A stretch of 64,000 bases of DNA from Mobula hypostoma (lineage: Eukaryota), in NCBI RefSeq assembly GCF_963921235.1, contig NC_086097.1, positions 150,228,001 to 150,292,000 of the forward strand, in the 5' to 3' direction. The notes beneath the pieces were generated by a model. The model was not told the DNA's origin. It saw nothing but the letters and a program-made list of their open reading frames with translations, and did no database searches. Position numbers and translations under genes: made by a program. Each line of letters opens with the position of its first letter. Position 1 is the first letter of the stretch. Positions 39,286-53,001 of this stretch are shown piece after piece.

Positions 39286-39520
39286 CTAAAGATAAAATAA
39301 CAGCACCACAGATACTATTAGACTTTGATAGGACGTAAAGTGTCTCAAATGTATGATTGTATTCCAGATGAACTCGCAATGAAGAAAGATTTCTAAAGTG
39401 CTCGTGTTCCCTATTATGATACTTGGACTTACTGTGAATGCCCACAAGGAAATAAATCTCAGGGTTGTATATGGTGTCATATATGTACTTTGATAATAAA
39501 TTTGCAGTTTTCCTTTGTAG

Positions 39521-40777
39521 TAATCATAGTCATAGACATAGTCATACTTTATTGGTCCCGGGTGAAATTGGTTTTCGTTACAGTTGCACCATAAATAATA
39601 AATAGTAATATGTAAGTTATGCCAGGAAATAAATCCAGGACCAGCCTATTTGCTCAGGGTGTCTGACCCTCCAAGGGAGGAGATGTAAAGTTTGATGGCC
39701 ACAAGCAGGAATGACTTCCTATGACGCTCTGTGTTGCATCTCGGTGGAATGAGTCTCTGGCTGAATGTACTCCTGTGCCCACCCAGTCCATTATGTAGTG
39801 GATGGGAGACATTGTCCAAGATGGCATGTAACTTGGACAGCATCCTCTTTTCAGACACCACCGTCGGAGAGTCTAGTTCCATCCTCACAACATCACTGGC
39901 CTTACGAATGAGTTTGTTGATTCTGTTGGTGTCCGCTACCCTCAGCCTGCTGCCCCAGCACACGACAGCAAACATGATAGCACTGGCCACCACAGACTCG
40001 TAGAACATCCTCAGCATCATCCGGCAGATGTTAAAGGACCTCAATCTCCTCAGGAAATAGAGACGGCTCTGACCCTTCTTGTAGATAGCCTCAGTGTTCT
40101 TTGACCAGTCCAGTTTATTGTCAATTCATATCCCCAGGTATTTGTAAACCTCCACCATGTCTGCACTGACCCCCGGATGGAAACAGGGGTCACCGGTACC
40201 TTAGCTCTCCTCAGGACTACCACCAGCTCCTTAGTCTTTTTCACATTAAGCTGCAGATAATTCTGCTCACACCATGTGACAAAGTTTCCTACCGTAGCCT
40301 TGTACTCAGCCTCATCTCCCTTGCTGATGCATCCAACTATGGCAGAGTCATCCGAAAACTTCTGAAGATGACAAGACTGTGCAGTAGTTGAAGTCCAAGG
40401 TGTAAATGGTGAAGAGAAAGGGAGACAAGACAGTCCCCTGTGGAGCCCCAGTGCTGCTGATCACTCTGTTGGACACACAGTGTTGCAAGCACACGTACTG
40501 TGGTTTGTCAGTCAGGTAATCAAGAATCCATGACACCAGGAAAGCATCCACCTGCATCGTTGTCAGCTTCTCCCCCAACAGAGCAGGGCGGATGGTGTTG
40601 AACGTACTGGAGAAGTCAAAAAACATGACCCTCACAGTGCTCGTTGGCTTGTCCAGGTGGGCCTAGACACAGTTCAGCAGGTAGACGATGGCACCCTCAA
40701 CTCCTAATCCGGGCTGGTAGGCGAACTGGAGGGGATCTAAGTGTGGCCTGACCATAGGCTGGAGCAGCTCCAGAACA
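39521..40777 (-). mobile_element. Rex1/Babar LINE insertion specific to unit B
   Basis: DPLQFAYQP and GAPQGTVLSP motifs; (GACTAT)n tail; the empty site is at ~36094 in unit A; no TSD. Confidence 0.9.
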
Positions 40778-41794
40778 ATGGATGGGTTATTGTAGAGTAT
40801 TTTGTTGGTTGTACGCCCTGTGGTCACTGTGAACTGGAGATAGAAGGGATGAATGGTTTAGGATGTCAAGCATCTTAGTTAAACACTCAAATTTTATCTC
40901 TTCTGTGACAGACTTTGGTATAAAGGTCTATTCTGGGAGTTTACTTTTGGGCATGCAATCAGGGTGACCCATCCATTGGGAATCATTGACTATAATTACT
41001 CTGCTGGCAACGTAAATCTGAGAGATAATGCTGACATTTCTTCTCTTATCCTACCTGCAGAATTGGATAATTTCTCAGAAGCAACATTGATAATAGCTCC
41101 CTATTGCATAGCCTGCTATGGGTAGTCCATGTATCTGAAGTGTAGTGGTCAGCCATCGCTGCTGCTATATGAATTCTGTGCGAGATTTGAGATCTTAATT
41201 TCCACTTTTTGCTCATGAAAGCTGTGTTGCTGCATTGAAGGCAGCAACGATTTTTAATGCTGACATCTGCCTTCATTGAAAGATCACTCATGAAGTAAGA
41301 GCCACAGTCAATATTTTCCAGGGTCTCATTCTGTATTGTTACGGACAGAGAATAGTGTCATAGAGTTGCAACAAGTTGGTAGAGTTCTTTGTTTTCTACT
41401 CAGTCGTATATAACTGGTTCTCAATTCAACAGCTTGCAATAAAGTCTTTCTGGACATTAATCAAAACTGGACAGCTGACAGAGCAGTGTTATCACTTTTC
41501 GCATGAATGAGATTATCATTATTTCAAAATTGGTCAAGGGTTATTGCTGTAACAGCCCTGTTCTATATGATTCATTTACAAACTGACTTCTCCGCATAAT
41601 ATAATTACTTTGATTTTAAATTAAATTATGAAGTAATTTCCTATATTATTATACAAAAAAGTAACACCAGTGCACCATGAATAATTAGAGAATTAAACAG
41701 ATTATATAATAAAATTATTGTAATATTAAAATAACTCTATTATAGGTTTATATCTTGAATCTTAAATAGTGAACAATATACAATAGAATACAAT

Positions 41795-44700
41795 TGTAGC
41801 ACTCGGCTATATTGGCTTGTATTTATCTCGGGGAAACCCCGTCCGTTGCCCACATGGTCTCCGGTGATGTTGGTTGCTGTACAACTGCCACCTGATTCAG
41901 CTTCAAACATCAATCATCGGCCAGCACACAATGTATGGTTTAATAATTATACTTTATAGATATTACTAAGTTTATGAGATTAATAGAAGTTCAATACAAA
42001 AAAGGAATGGAAAAGGTGCCAGACTTATCAAAGTTCAATTTCTTCGTGCACACGTTGGAGCTCGGGGACCTCTTCGGGACCACTCTGACCCCTTCGACTC
42101 GCAGCTCGGGACCACCCAGAATGATAACCTGAGATTTCCCCGCACGTCTGTCCTCCTCACGGTCTCTCTTCCAACTCCCCGCCAAAAGCCCCTGGTTCCC
42201 AGCCATATGAGACAGCACATCACTAAGGAGCTGGTGGTAGACCTGAGGAGAGCTAAGGCACCGGTGACCCCTGCTTCCATCCAGGGAGTCAGTGTGGACA
42301 TGGTGGAGGATTACAAATACCTGGGGATACGAATTGACAATAAACTGGACTGGTCAAGGAACACTGAGGCTGTCTACGAGAAGGGTCAGAGCCATCTCTA
42401 TTTCCTGAGGAGATTGAGGTCCTTTAACATCTGCCGGACAATGCTGAGGATGTTCTACGAGTCTGTGGTGGCCAGTGCTATCATGTTTGCTGTTCTGTGC
42501 TGGGGCAGCAGGCTGAGGGTAGCAGACACCAACAGAATCAACAAACTCATTCGTAAGGCCAGTGATGTTGTGGGGATGGAACTGGACTCTCTGACGGTGG
42601 TGTCTGAAAAGAGGATGCTGTCCAAGTTGCATGCCATCTTGGACAATGTCTCCCACCCACTACATAATGGACTGGGTGGGCACAGGAGTACATTCAGCCA
42701 GAGACTCATTCCACCAAGATGCAGCACAGAGCGTCATAGGAAGTCATTCCTGCCTGTGGCCATCAAACTTTACAACTCCTCCCTTGGAGGGTCAGACACC
42801 CTGAGCCAATAGGCTGGTCCTGGACTTATTTCCTGGCTATTTAACTATTTATGGTTTTATTACTAGTTATTATTTATGGTGCAACTGTAACAAAACCAAT
42901 TTCCCCTGGGATCAATAAAGTATGACTATGACTATGACTACTATGAACGAATATCATGGACACCCATTGGTTCATAGTACTCTGTTATCTGTTATAACCT
43001 AAGCAAAGTGCTAACTACAGACTTTCTCAGCATTTAACATAACAAAGAAGCTATTTTATTTTCAACATTACAAAGAAGCCATTTTAATTATCATACACAG
43101 TAACATAAAAGAAGAAACCCTTTACACTCTCCCCCCACCAAATAAAAGTCATGCCCTCATGACATTAACAGAGTTCACCATTGCTCCTTTCAAAACACAA
43201 AACACAACCCAGGTGCATAAAGCAGTGATATAACTTCCCAGGGCAGTAGAGATCACACCCTTTTCTCCCGGCACTGTATAGGTCAACCTCTCCGAGGGGT
43301 GCCTACTTCTCTGAGACCTCTGTACCTCCTCTGCTGACTCTTCCAGCTCAGACACCACGGGTACACCCTGGGCCTACCTATCGGACCCTCACCCTCACTG
43401 GGACCCCTCGGTACCTGCGAGCCCTCTGCCTCAGTTTTGGTTCCACCCTCTCTTCCCCCAATGCCGGCTGTATTTCACGCAGCTCCTCAACACCCTTCCT
43501 CCTCTCCCCTAACTCAGTGAGAGAAGGGCCAGGAGCCTCTTCTTCCGGTACCGGGGAATTAGTGAATGGAAACAGGTGCCACTCATCTGAATCATCGTCT
43601 TCCGATGACATATCCCTTTTCGGGGCGGGGACTGGCCCCGTCTCTTTTGCAGTGGGCTCTTCCCTCGCCCCATGCCTTCGCAGAGTCTTGACCCAGAGGC
43701 AACAGGTGGTTCCGATGGAGTACCTTGACAGGCCCCTTCCCATCCTCTGGTCTCACCCAATAAACAGGGAGATTCGACATCTGGCTCTCTACCACATAGG
43801 GGGTGGCCGCCCAGCGATCCACCAACTTGTGCTTACTAGGTAGTCCTAAATTCCGGATAAGGACCTGATCTCTCGGCAATAGTTGGGTGAACATTACTTT
43901 CTGATCATACCTCCTCTTATTCCTCTGATTCTGCTTGGTGGCCGCCGCCTCAGCCAACTCGTACACCCTTTTCAACTCTCTCCTCATATCGGACACATAC
44001 TTCAGATATGGCTTCAAAGGTAATTCACCCACTTCAGTCCCAAAACACAGATCAATGGACAACCTCGCTTCCTGCCCGACATCAGATAGTAGGGCGAGTA
44101 CCCTGTAGCATCATTGTGAGTACAATTGTAACAGTGAACCAAATGGCCGATGTGCTGACTCCACTTACTCTTCTGCCCGATCTCCAAGGTGCCGAGCATG
44201 TCCAGCAGGGTCCAGTTAAACCTCTCGGGCTGAGGATCACCCTGCGGGTGATAGGGGGTGGTCCTGGATTTCTCAACCCCAAGCATACCCAGTAATTCAT
44301 GGATAAGCCTGCTCTCGAAGTCCCGTCCCTGATCACTATGGATCTGCTGGGGGAGGCCATAATGAACAAAGTACTTCTCCCATAACACCTTCGCCACTGT
44401 AGTCGCTTTCTGGTCCTTAGTGGGAAATGCCTGCGCGTATCTAGTGTAGTGATCCGTGATGACTGAGACATTCACGGTATTGCTGGTGTCTGGCTCAATA
44501 GAGAGGAAATCCATACATACCAGGTCCAGAGGTCCCGCACTCTGCAAGTGGGATAACGGAGCCGCCTGCGCAGGCAAGGTCTTCCTCCTGACGCAACGGC
44601 TACAGGTCTTCTTCCACCTCCCCGCTCATCCGGGGCCAGTAAAACCGGTCCTTGACTAATCCATAGGTCTTCTCTACCCCTAAGTGCCCGGAATCATCAT

Positions 44701-47700
44701 GTAGAGCCTGGAGCACAGTCTTCCGATACTTCTCAGGCATGACCAGCTGCCAGCGCTGGGGGTGGTCCGGGGGCGACGTGACCCGGTACAGGACGTGGTT
44801 CTTCAGCTTCAACCGGGGCCACTCCTTCAGTAGTAGGGGAACGGAGGCATGTTTCGCCTTCTCCACCTGCCCCATATCACCCCGGCTAACCGCGTACCAG
44901 ATAGTGCCAATGCTCGGGTCATCACGCTGAGCCGCCCCCACTTCCTGGGGGCTCAACTCCGGCAGCTGCCTGTTCCTCAGAGCAGTCACATTACAGTAAA
45001 CAGTGGGTAGCACGTCATCGTCAGCCCCCAGTTGATCCACTGTCCGATCCGTTCCCATCGGGGCTCCTGCTTCAGCGTCGCTGGCAAATTGACACATGGC
45101 CTTCACTCCCGGGGCAGGGACACTCTCCCACTCCCCGTCCGTGCCCGCCCCCTCATGCGCCCGACAAGACAGGGCATCTGCATCAATGTTCCGACTCCCC
45201 GGCCGGTACTTCAGACTGAACTCATAGGCAGACAAGGCTGCCAACCACCGGTGCCCAGTAGCATCCAGCTTTGCCGAGGTCAGGATATAAGTGAGAGGGT
45301 TGTTGTTCATTCTCACCTCAAACTTGGCCCCGTATAGATAGTCGCCCAACTTGCCCACCACCGCCCATTTCAGCACCAGGAACTCCAACTTGTGAGTGTA
45401 ATAGTTTCTCTCAGATGGCGACAAGCTTCGACTGACAAACGCCACCGGCCTCAATCCGTTGCCCTGTTCTTGGTACAGGACAGCCTCCAGACCCTCGCGA
45501 CTGGCATCAGTGTGCAGCACATATGGCTTCCGGGGATCGGTAAAAGCCAACACCGGGGCCTGCGTCAGCGCCCTTTTCAGAGATTGGAACGCCTCCTCAC
45601 ATTGCGCATCCCACCTCAATCCAAAAGGCTTTCCCGGTTCAAGTATCCTCCTACCTCCGGCCCTCGGTCTCCCTTCCTCTTCCTCCCCACAGGTGGATAG
45701 CCACACAGCAGCTGGTTCAATCGGTGACTCATTTTAACGTATCCTTTCACGAATCGCCGGTAATACCCATAGAACCCCAAAAACGAGCGTAAGGCGCTCA
45801 CCTTCTGGAGTCTCAGCCAGGTGGTCACCGCCGCTATCTTAGCTGGATCAGTGGCCTCTCCATTTCACGAAATTATGTGTCCAACTTAGCCGACCGATGC
45901 CTTACGGAACTTCATTTGTCCAGGGAAAGTTTCAACCCTTCCTCCTTCCACCGACTCAGCACCTTCAGCAGCCGCTCCTCATGTTCCTCCAACGTAGATC
46001 CAAACACTATCAGGTCGTCCAGGTACACCAATACCTCCAGCAGGTTCATGTCCCCCACTGTCCGCTCCATGAGCCTCTGGAAGGTGGCTGGAGCCCCCGA
46101 GATGCCTTGGGGCATTCATTCGGACTGAAAAAATCCCAGGGGGCAAATAAAGGCAGTCTTCTCTTTATCGGCCTCACGCATTGGAATCTAGTAATACCCA
46201 CTCCGCAAATCCAATACACTAAACCACTGGGAACCACTCAGAGAGGCCAGTGTGTCTTCAAACCTTGGAACCGTATACTGGTCGGGGACGGTGCGCCGGT
46301 TCAGGGTCCTATAGTCCGTGCACATGTGTACCTTCCCAGTTTTCTTCCCAGCCACTACTATGGGGGACGCATAGAGGCTCCGGGACTCCTCAATATCCCC
46401 TGCATCCTTCAACTGCCACACATCTTCCACCCCTGCTGGGGCTGCAACCTTTCTCTAAACGGGGTGTCATTTGTCACCCAGATAGTATGCCGAGTGCTCT
46501 TGGAACAGCCCACATCAAACTCGCCCTGAGAAAAGACATCCCCTGGTTTCAGCATCTTCTCCACCAGCCTGCTCTTATATTCCGGCAGGACAGGGGAGTC
46601 TTTAAAATTAAAGGCCTCCACGGTCAGCCGCTCCCCGTTCTCCAATAGTTTTCCTCCAGTGGGCCTCATGGGAGTGCTAGACATCACCGTCACTGGGAAC
46701 ATGTGCGCGAGGGGTATCTCGCGCTTAAAGGTGATCTCCCGCTCCGTTGTGTTCCTTACAATCACCCCTATCTGGCGTGCCTGTACAACCGAGGGCCCCT
46801 GCAATTGAGGTCTCAACAGCACCCCAGCCGGGATCCGGGACTCCCCTTCAAGGTCTTCCGGGGCGTCTACTAACAGGGCCTCACTCGCCGGTACTCCAGG
46901 GAATCTGGGGGTCCCAATCACTAGTGCCACCTGCCCTGGCCGTATCACTTTAGGCCTCGCCTGAGTGCACCACACCGTTCCTCGTTTGCACTCAGGATCC
47001 AGCCCCTGGGGGTCACCCACTTCCTCGAACGCTGCTCGAAACACTGGGTGTACCGAGAGGGTCCAGAATGTTCTCCCCCGCCTTCTCCTTACAGACTCCC
47101 AGGAGCCGTCGCACAAGAGGGTAGTTAGTCCTCACCAGCAGGGCAGCACCACCTGTTTCCAACGGGTCCAGACAGACCAACACCAATGTCTCAAGGGCTT
47201 CCAACACTCCCACATCGCCCTCCGAGAGTTCCAATCTCACTGACAGGTACCCATCATACGGGTAATCACCATCACTTATGCCCCAAATCTCCAGTACATT
47301 AAACGGGGTTACTGGCAAATGCTTTAGATATTTGTTGTAGAATGACTGGTACAATAAGGTAACCTGCGATCCTGTGTCAAGGATGACTCTTGCCAAGATT
47401 CTCTCCATCCGTAGGGACACGCTGGACCGGGATCCCACCAGTCCATCCAGAAAAAAGGCTTGTGCTTTCGGGGGTCCCATAACTGATTCCTGGCAACGTG
47501 TTCCTCCTGAGACTCCAGTCTGTTCCTTCACTGAGTCTCCCCTAAGTTTCCCAACACCTCTCCTTTCTTAGTCGCCCAGGGGCTTTCCCCCTGCGGGGCG
47601 TCTTGTCTCTCACAATCCCTCTGAAAGTGACCCGCTTCCCCACAGCTGTAGCACACCCCCGGCCACTCACATTCCTGCCGGAAATGCCTCTCTTTCCCAC

Positions 47701-49585
47701 AGTTATAGCACACACTACCCGCCGACCCTCTCCTCCCGGGACACCCCCCACTCCCAACCCATGGTGCGGGCCATCCACAAAGGGAGTACTCTCCCTGTCC
47801 ATCCCCTCAAGCGGGGGGGTCCCTTCCCCCCTGCGAACCCTTGGGTTTCTCGGTTCTCAACCTAGCTACCACCTCCTGAACAGCTGAGGACCGTCCCTGG
47901 TGGCCCGAGCCCCTTTTCCGGCCCAAAGCGCTCTCCTCCTCCCACACCTCTCTAATCAGCTGCCCGAATGATGGAGGGGGGCTTCTTTTATCAGACTACT
48001 GGAGACTCCAAGCCACCTTGTCCTCCTCCAGGGAACCACTAAATATCTGACTCATCCTCAACCTCGCCAATTCATCTGCCTTCACTACCCCTCGGCGCCA
48101 CAACCCAGTAAGCGTTCTCTCCAGCCGAAAAATGTATTCGGAGAGCATTTCCCCTCTACCCTGCCCCATGTGGTGAAACTCCGCTAGAAGTTCCCAGGGA
48201 TCTCCTGACATTCCAAACACTCCCTCCAAGGCTTCCAGATACTCCGCCAGGGAAGCCGAGGGTCGGTCCGCCCCCAGCTCACGCACTACACATGCTGCCA
48301 CTCCCCTCAAACTTTCCACCAATCGCTGTCTCTTTTCCTCATCCGAACCTGGTCACACCTCTAACAACTGGGACGTATCCTCAATTCGTACCTCCTAGTC
48401 GTTCTCCCCTTCCGGGGTTGGCGTGGCTCCTGAGAAAATTCTCAGCTTCGGGCAGGGCCTCTTGACCCTTCTCTCTATGGAGGTAATGGCGGCTGCTAAC
48501 TCAAAGGTCTCACCTCTAGCTGGGGGACGGGGCCTGGCCAAGCCTTCCCACTCTGACCCCCCACCACTGGCTACTGGCACCTTCCCTGGGGTCTCATCTA
48601 GCTCCTCCTCTGGCATCTCCTCACTTTCTTCCTCCGGGAGGGTGTGGCGACCCCACGGCCCCGCCTCCCCCGGACGCTGACCGTCGCTGGCAGTTCCAAC
48701 ATCATGACTTCAACACTCATCCGAACCAACACCCAGCTAGATTCCACTTCTTTACCACACCTTCTAGCTACCAGTTCTACCTGCCCTATACCTTTGATCA
48801 AACTTAACCCTCGCACTAGTACATCTCCCGAAATGCGGAAATCCACCCCAATTAACACGCACGCATGATTCACCGGTACGTCCTCTTACCTCACACCAGC
48901 TTACAATCCTATCTCGATCCACCTTCGTACTACTTAACGTGGCGACTTATACAGCTTTAACGAAAATCCAAACCCGGTCATCTGCCCCCACTAATATAAC
49001 GCTCGGCTATATTGGCTCGTATTTATCCAGGGGAAACCCCTGTCCAACACCCAGCTTGTCTCCTGGTGATGTCGGTTGCTGTACAACTGCCACCTGATCC
49101 AGCTTCAAACACCAATCATCAGCCAACACACAACGTACGGTTCACCAATTACACTTTATAGATATTGCTAAGTCTATGAGATTAATAGAAGTTCAATAAA
49201 AAAAAAGGAATGGAAAAGGCGCCAGACTTATCAAAGTTCAATTTCTTCGTGCACACGTTGGAGCTCGGGGACCTCTTCGGAACCAATCTGACCCCTTCGA
49301 CTCGCAGCTCGGGACCACCCGGAGTGATAATCTGAGATTTCCCTGCACGTCCGTCCTCCTCACGGTCTCTCTTCCATCTCCCCGCCAAAAGCCCCTGGTT
49401 CCCAGCCATATGAGACAGCACATCACCCCAAGAAAGAATAACATGGACACCCATTGGTTCATAGTACTCTGCTATCTGTTATAACCCAAGCAAAGTGCTA
49501 GCTTGAGACTTTCTCAGCATTTAACATAACAAAGAAGCCATTTTAATTACCATACACAGTAACATAAAAGAAGAAACCTCTTACA
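41795..49585 (-). mobile_element. Complete Gypsy (Metaviridae) LTR retrotransposon with PNMA-like Gag, decayed
   Basis: LTRs 48995-49585 and 41795-43126; TSD CAAT; PBS-like TGGGGGCAGATGACCGGG (48973-48990); PPT at ~43127-43139. Gag KLRIFSG and VESLRG plus two CCHC knuckles, protease ILDTGS, RT YLDD, RNase H TDAS, integrase HSDQG. The empty site is in unit A. Confidence 0.95.
42224..42944 (+). mobile_element. Rex1/Babar 3' fragment inserted in the Gypsy 3' LTR
   Basis: ORF 42207-42812; (GACTAT)n tail; absent from the 5' LTR; same family as 39521-40777. Confidence 0.9.
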
Positions 49586-49984
49586 CAATATTCAAGAGAA
49601 TACAGAATTATTACATCTCCATCACCTCAACTTCAAAAACTGTACCCTATTTTTCATTCCACCCATTATTAAGTTTGAAATAAAACATAATTCCCTATAG
49701 GTCCTTGATTCTGAGAACAATTCATGGACCCACAGGTGTTAAGTTGGCTCTCAACAATATAGTTGATAGAAAATTACTTGTTCACCAGTGGAGTCAGAAT
49801 TTATCTGGAATCTAAATTAGTGACAATACCCTTCCACTGAAATATGGTTAAGTTTAGTTAGCACCTTCTTAATTTCTAGGCTTTTAAAGGTTAATTCAGG
49901 GAATTAACCCTAAAGATCCAGTGGGTCTGCGTGAATCTGAGTAGGTTCCTACGAGGGTAGACTTTATTTCAATATGACCTCTCT

Positions 49985-50352
49985 TTATGTGTAAAAGGTG
50001 GAGGGAGAGACAAATACAAGGAGACAGGTGAAACCTGAAGGGGGAAGGATGAAGTAAAGATCAGGGAAGTTGATTGGTGTAAAAGATACAGGGCTGGAGA
50101 AGGGGCAATCTGATAGAAGAGGACAGAAGGCCATGGAAGAAAGAAAAGGTGGGAGGAGCACCAGAGGGAGGTTCCTTGTGTTCATCTCTCTCCTCCCTCC
50201 ATCTTTTAAATCTACTCCTCAGCTTTTTTTCCCAGCTTGGCCCAAAACATCAACTGTACTTTTTTCTATAGATACTGCCTGGCCTTCTGAGTTCCAGCAT
50301 TTTGTGTGTGTTGCTTGGAATCCAGCATCTGCAGATTTTCTCTTGTTTGTGA
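49985..50352. mobile_element. Penelope pLTR fragments in inverted arrangement
   Basis: A purine-rich minus-strand pLTR piece is followed by the plus-strand tail CCAGCATCTGCAGATTTTCTCTTGTTT. Confidence 0.6.
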
Positions 50353-51795
50353 TTAAATGCACAGTAGGTCCTTTCTTTGCCACAAATGCACTTAGCTCCA
50401 CCGGACTAGTAAATTCATTTCCTTCTACCACCTCTTTAAGGCTATTTGTCTGGTAGCAGATGAAGCATTAACATTTGTTCTTTTTAAAAGTCCTGTTTCT
50501 GTCCATAAAGCAATTTTTATTCTTTCTGTGGTGGATGTTCTCCTGTGAACATTTCAGTTCTATCAAAGCCCTGACTTATCTTCATAGACATCTTGTGCTA
50601 TTACATCAACTGAGAAAATCAAACTATTGGCAGAGGTTTTTATGGAGAAAGTTGATTTCTGTTGTAGTACCTTTTCCACAGGATGCAAATGCTTAAATGC
50701 TCAGCTAATCTTTCATAGGGAATGTAAGGCAAGTTGTTTTGAAGAATAACAAAATTCTTTTGATTTAACCCTCACTTTACAACTACAAGAGTATCCCTTG
50801 CAGCTGTCGTAAGTCAGCACAGGAACACTTATTGATCATTTTATTCTGGAGACACCAGAGACATCCTTAGCATTCTTCAAGCTGAGATCCGAATGGGAAG
50901 TCTTCCTTATTAAACACCTCAATGCACAAGATCTCAAAAGTCTTGAAAGTAAGTTGTCTGAGTAATTCATAGAAAGAATGGAAGAAAAAGCTTAACTGTC
51001 AATTCCTAATCACAGTTAATAAGTAGCCTTTTTATGAACATATAGGCATAGTGCAGTTGCACGCGATGACTGTGTCCACGTTTTTTACTTCCTTGTACTT
51101 ACTCTCTGATCTTCACTACTCTTCTAAATGTTATAGAATTGAGGACATCCTAGGATATGATTCCAGAATGCTAATATGTGATTCTGGGTAATCTCACCCA
51201 ACTGCAAATCTAGATGGTAAGCAACAACAATCTACTCACAGTGCTGGAATCATGTTGAAGTCCCAACGCCAGCCTCATCAGATGGCTTTGTGCACACATG
51301 TTGCCAAGACAACTTTTGAGCCACTAAGGCACTAAACCAAGAGGAGAGTTTTTCTCCTGCCTTTTGAAACATTAAAATCAGTTATTTCTGTATGGAAAAC
51401 CTGTTAACCATGCAAAGGACCCTAATGAATCTTGAATCTTTCTAGACTTGCAACTAAAATTCATGTCAGGTTGGCTATCTTTCTTCACCAAAGCTGAGGG
51501 TAAATATGCAGAGTTGAGGTTTTGCTAACTGAGTTGCCAGCTACACAATACTTGTATTATTAAGAATTACAATCAATAGAATCAAAATGATAGAGGAAAT
51601 CTAAAAATTGGAAAAACACCACAATCTCACAGTAAGAATGTCCTTTTAAGTTTAAAGTTAAGGCACATTATGGTAGAGAATAGTTTTTCTTTCAATTTGT
51701 CTGAGTTTAAGATAGTGTTCGCATTTCCATCACCTCAATGAACACAGGCAATTATAATATGCATTTGCCTGGACATGAGTCACATTCTTGCAGGC

Positions 51796-51969
51796 TTAAA
51801 CACCTTTGAAAATCTGTATTTTGCTAATATTGGCGAGTGTCTGGATGACATCGGCTTCAAAATCTGCATCATGAACTTTTGTTTTTCGAAAAGCTCCTGC
51901 TCCCGAATTCTTCTCCCAGTAATGATGCCAGTGCCCCAATCTGTTGGCACCAAATCCATAAACATCCAC
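51796..51969 (-). CDS. ST3GAL1: Last coding exon of a beta-galactoside alpha-2,3-sialyltransferase (GT29, ST3GAL1/2 subfamily)
   Basis: [57 protein letters not shown]: end of sialylmotif S, motif III HYWE and motif VS HDADFE. Acceptor TTGTTTGCAG. The exact paralogue is uncertain (ST3GAL1-like). Confidence 0.92.
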   Translation of the reverse strand: MDVYGFGANRLGHWHHYWEKNSGAGAFRKTKVHDADFEADVIQTLANISKIQIFKGV

Positions 51970-52239
51970 CTGCAAACAAGAGAAATTGTAGGTATTAGAA
52001 TAACACTGCAAGTGAGGAGTGTCAATCTGCTCTCATCTTTTTCCCTTGTTTGTAATTCTAATGCCTATTGCATGCAATGACTCTGCAAAGCAAATGTTTG
52101 CTTGCATGATTTCCAGACTATGTGTGAAGCACTGGAGGAGATGTGGAAGGCAGTGCAATATTTTGGGACTCAATTGACATCCACGCTCCTTTCAACACCA
52201 TTCATCAATTCACAAGAGAACACTGGCATTTTGTGTGCT

Positions 52240-53001
52240 GTGAATATTAGTTAACTAAAGAAAACCTGAATTCAACCGAAAGACATCAAAGTTGCTGGTG
52301 AACGCAGCAGGCCAGGCAGCATCTCTAGGAAGAGGTACAGTCGAGGTTTCAGGCCGAGACCCTTCGTCAGGACTAACAAAGGGTCTCGGCCTGAAACGTC
52401 GACTGTACCTCTTCCTAGAGATGCTGCCTGGCCTGCTGTGTTCACCAGCAACTTTGATGTGTGTTGCTTGAATTTCTGGCATCTGCAGAATTCCTGTTGT
52501 TTGCATTCAACCGAAAGATATGTGCAGAGACAGTTACAGCCTGCGATAGGTGCTCTTGCTAAATCAGTAAGCATTCTTTCATTTACATAAGAAACCAAAT
52601 TTACCTCATCACAGACATGCTATGAATATTAGTTAACTAAAGAAAACCTGGATTCAACCAAAAGACATCAAAGTTGCTGGTGAACGCAGCAGGCCAGGCA
52701 GCATCTCTAGGAAGAGGTACAGTCGAGGTTTCAGGCCGAGACCCTTCGTCAGGAGTAACAAAGGGTCTCGGCCTGAAACGTCGACTGTACCTCTTCCTAG
52801 AGATGCTGCCTGGCCTGCTGCGTTCACCAGCAACTTTGATGTGTGTTGCTTGAATTTCCAGCATCTGCAGAATTCCTGTTGTTTGCATTCAACCGTAAAA
52901 TATGTGCAGAGACATTTACAGCCTGCGACAGGTGCTCTTGCTAAATCAATAAGCATTCTTTTATTTACATAAGAAACCACATTTACCTCATCACAGACAT
53001 G
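52240..53001. repeat. 382-bp tandem duplication in the last ST3GAL intron; each unit holds a palindromic Penelope pLTR insert
   Basis: Period 382 (AATATTAGTTAACTAAAG at 52243 and 52625). Inverted arms 52283-52364 / 52379-52460, repeated at +382. Insert flanked by the direct repeat ATTCAACCGAAAGA. Confidence 0.9.

Larger units (their letters stand above)
32668..49925. repeat. Tandem segmental duplication: unit A ~32668-37110, unit B ~37111-49925 (enlarged by later insertions)
   Basis: RTE 3' end, CR1, coiled-coil exon and AT-rich flank recur in the same order. The junction CCCTAAAGATCCAGCGGG|GAAGACATAAAAC joins the unit end to internal RTE sequence. Confidence 0.9.

Noticed and set aside
52240..53001. 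CRISPR-like or prokaryotic repeat array
   Set aside because: Eukaryotic context; the repeats are explained by tandem duplication and a Penelope palindrome.
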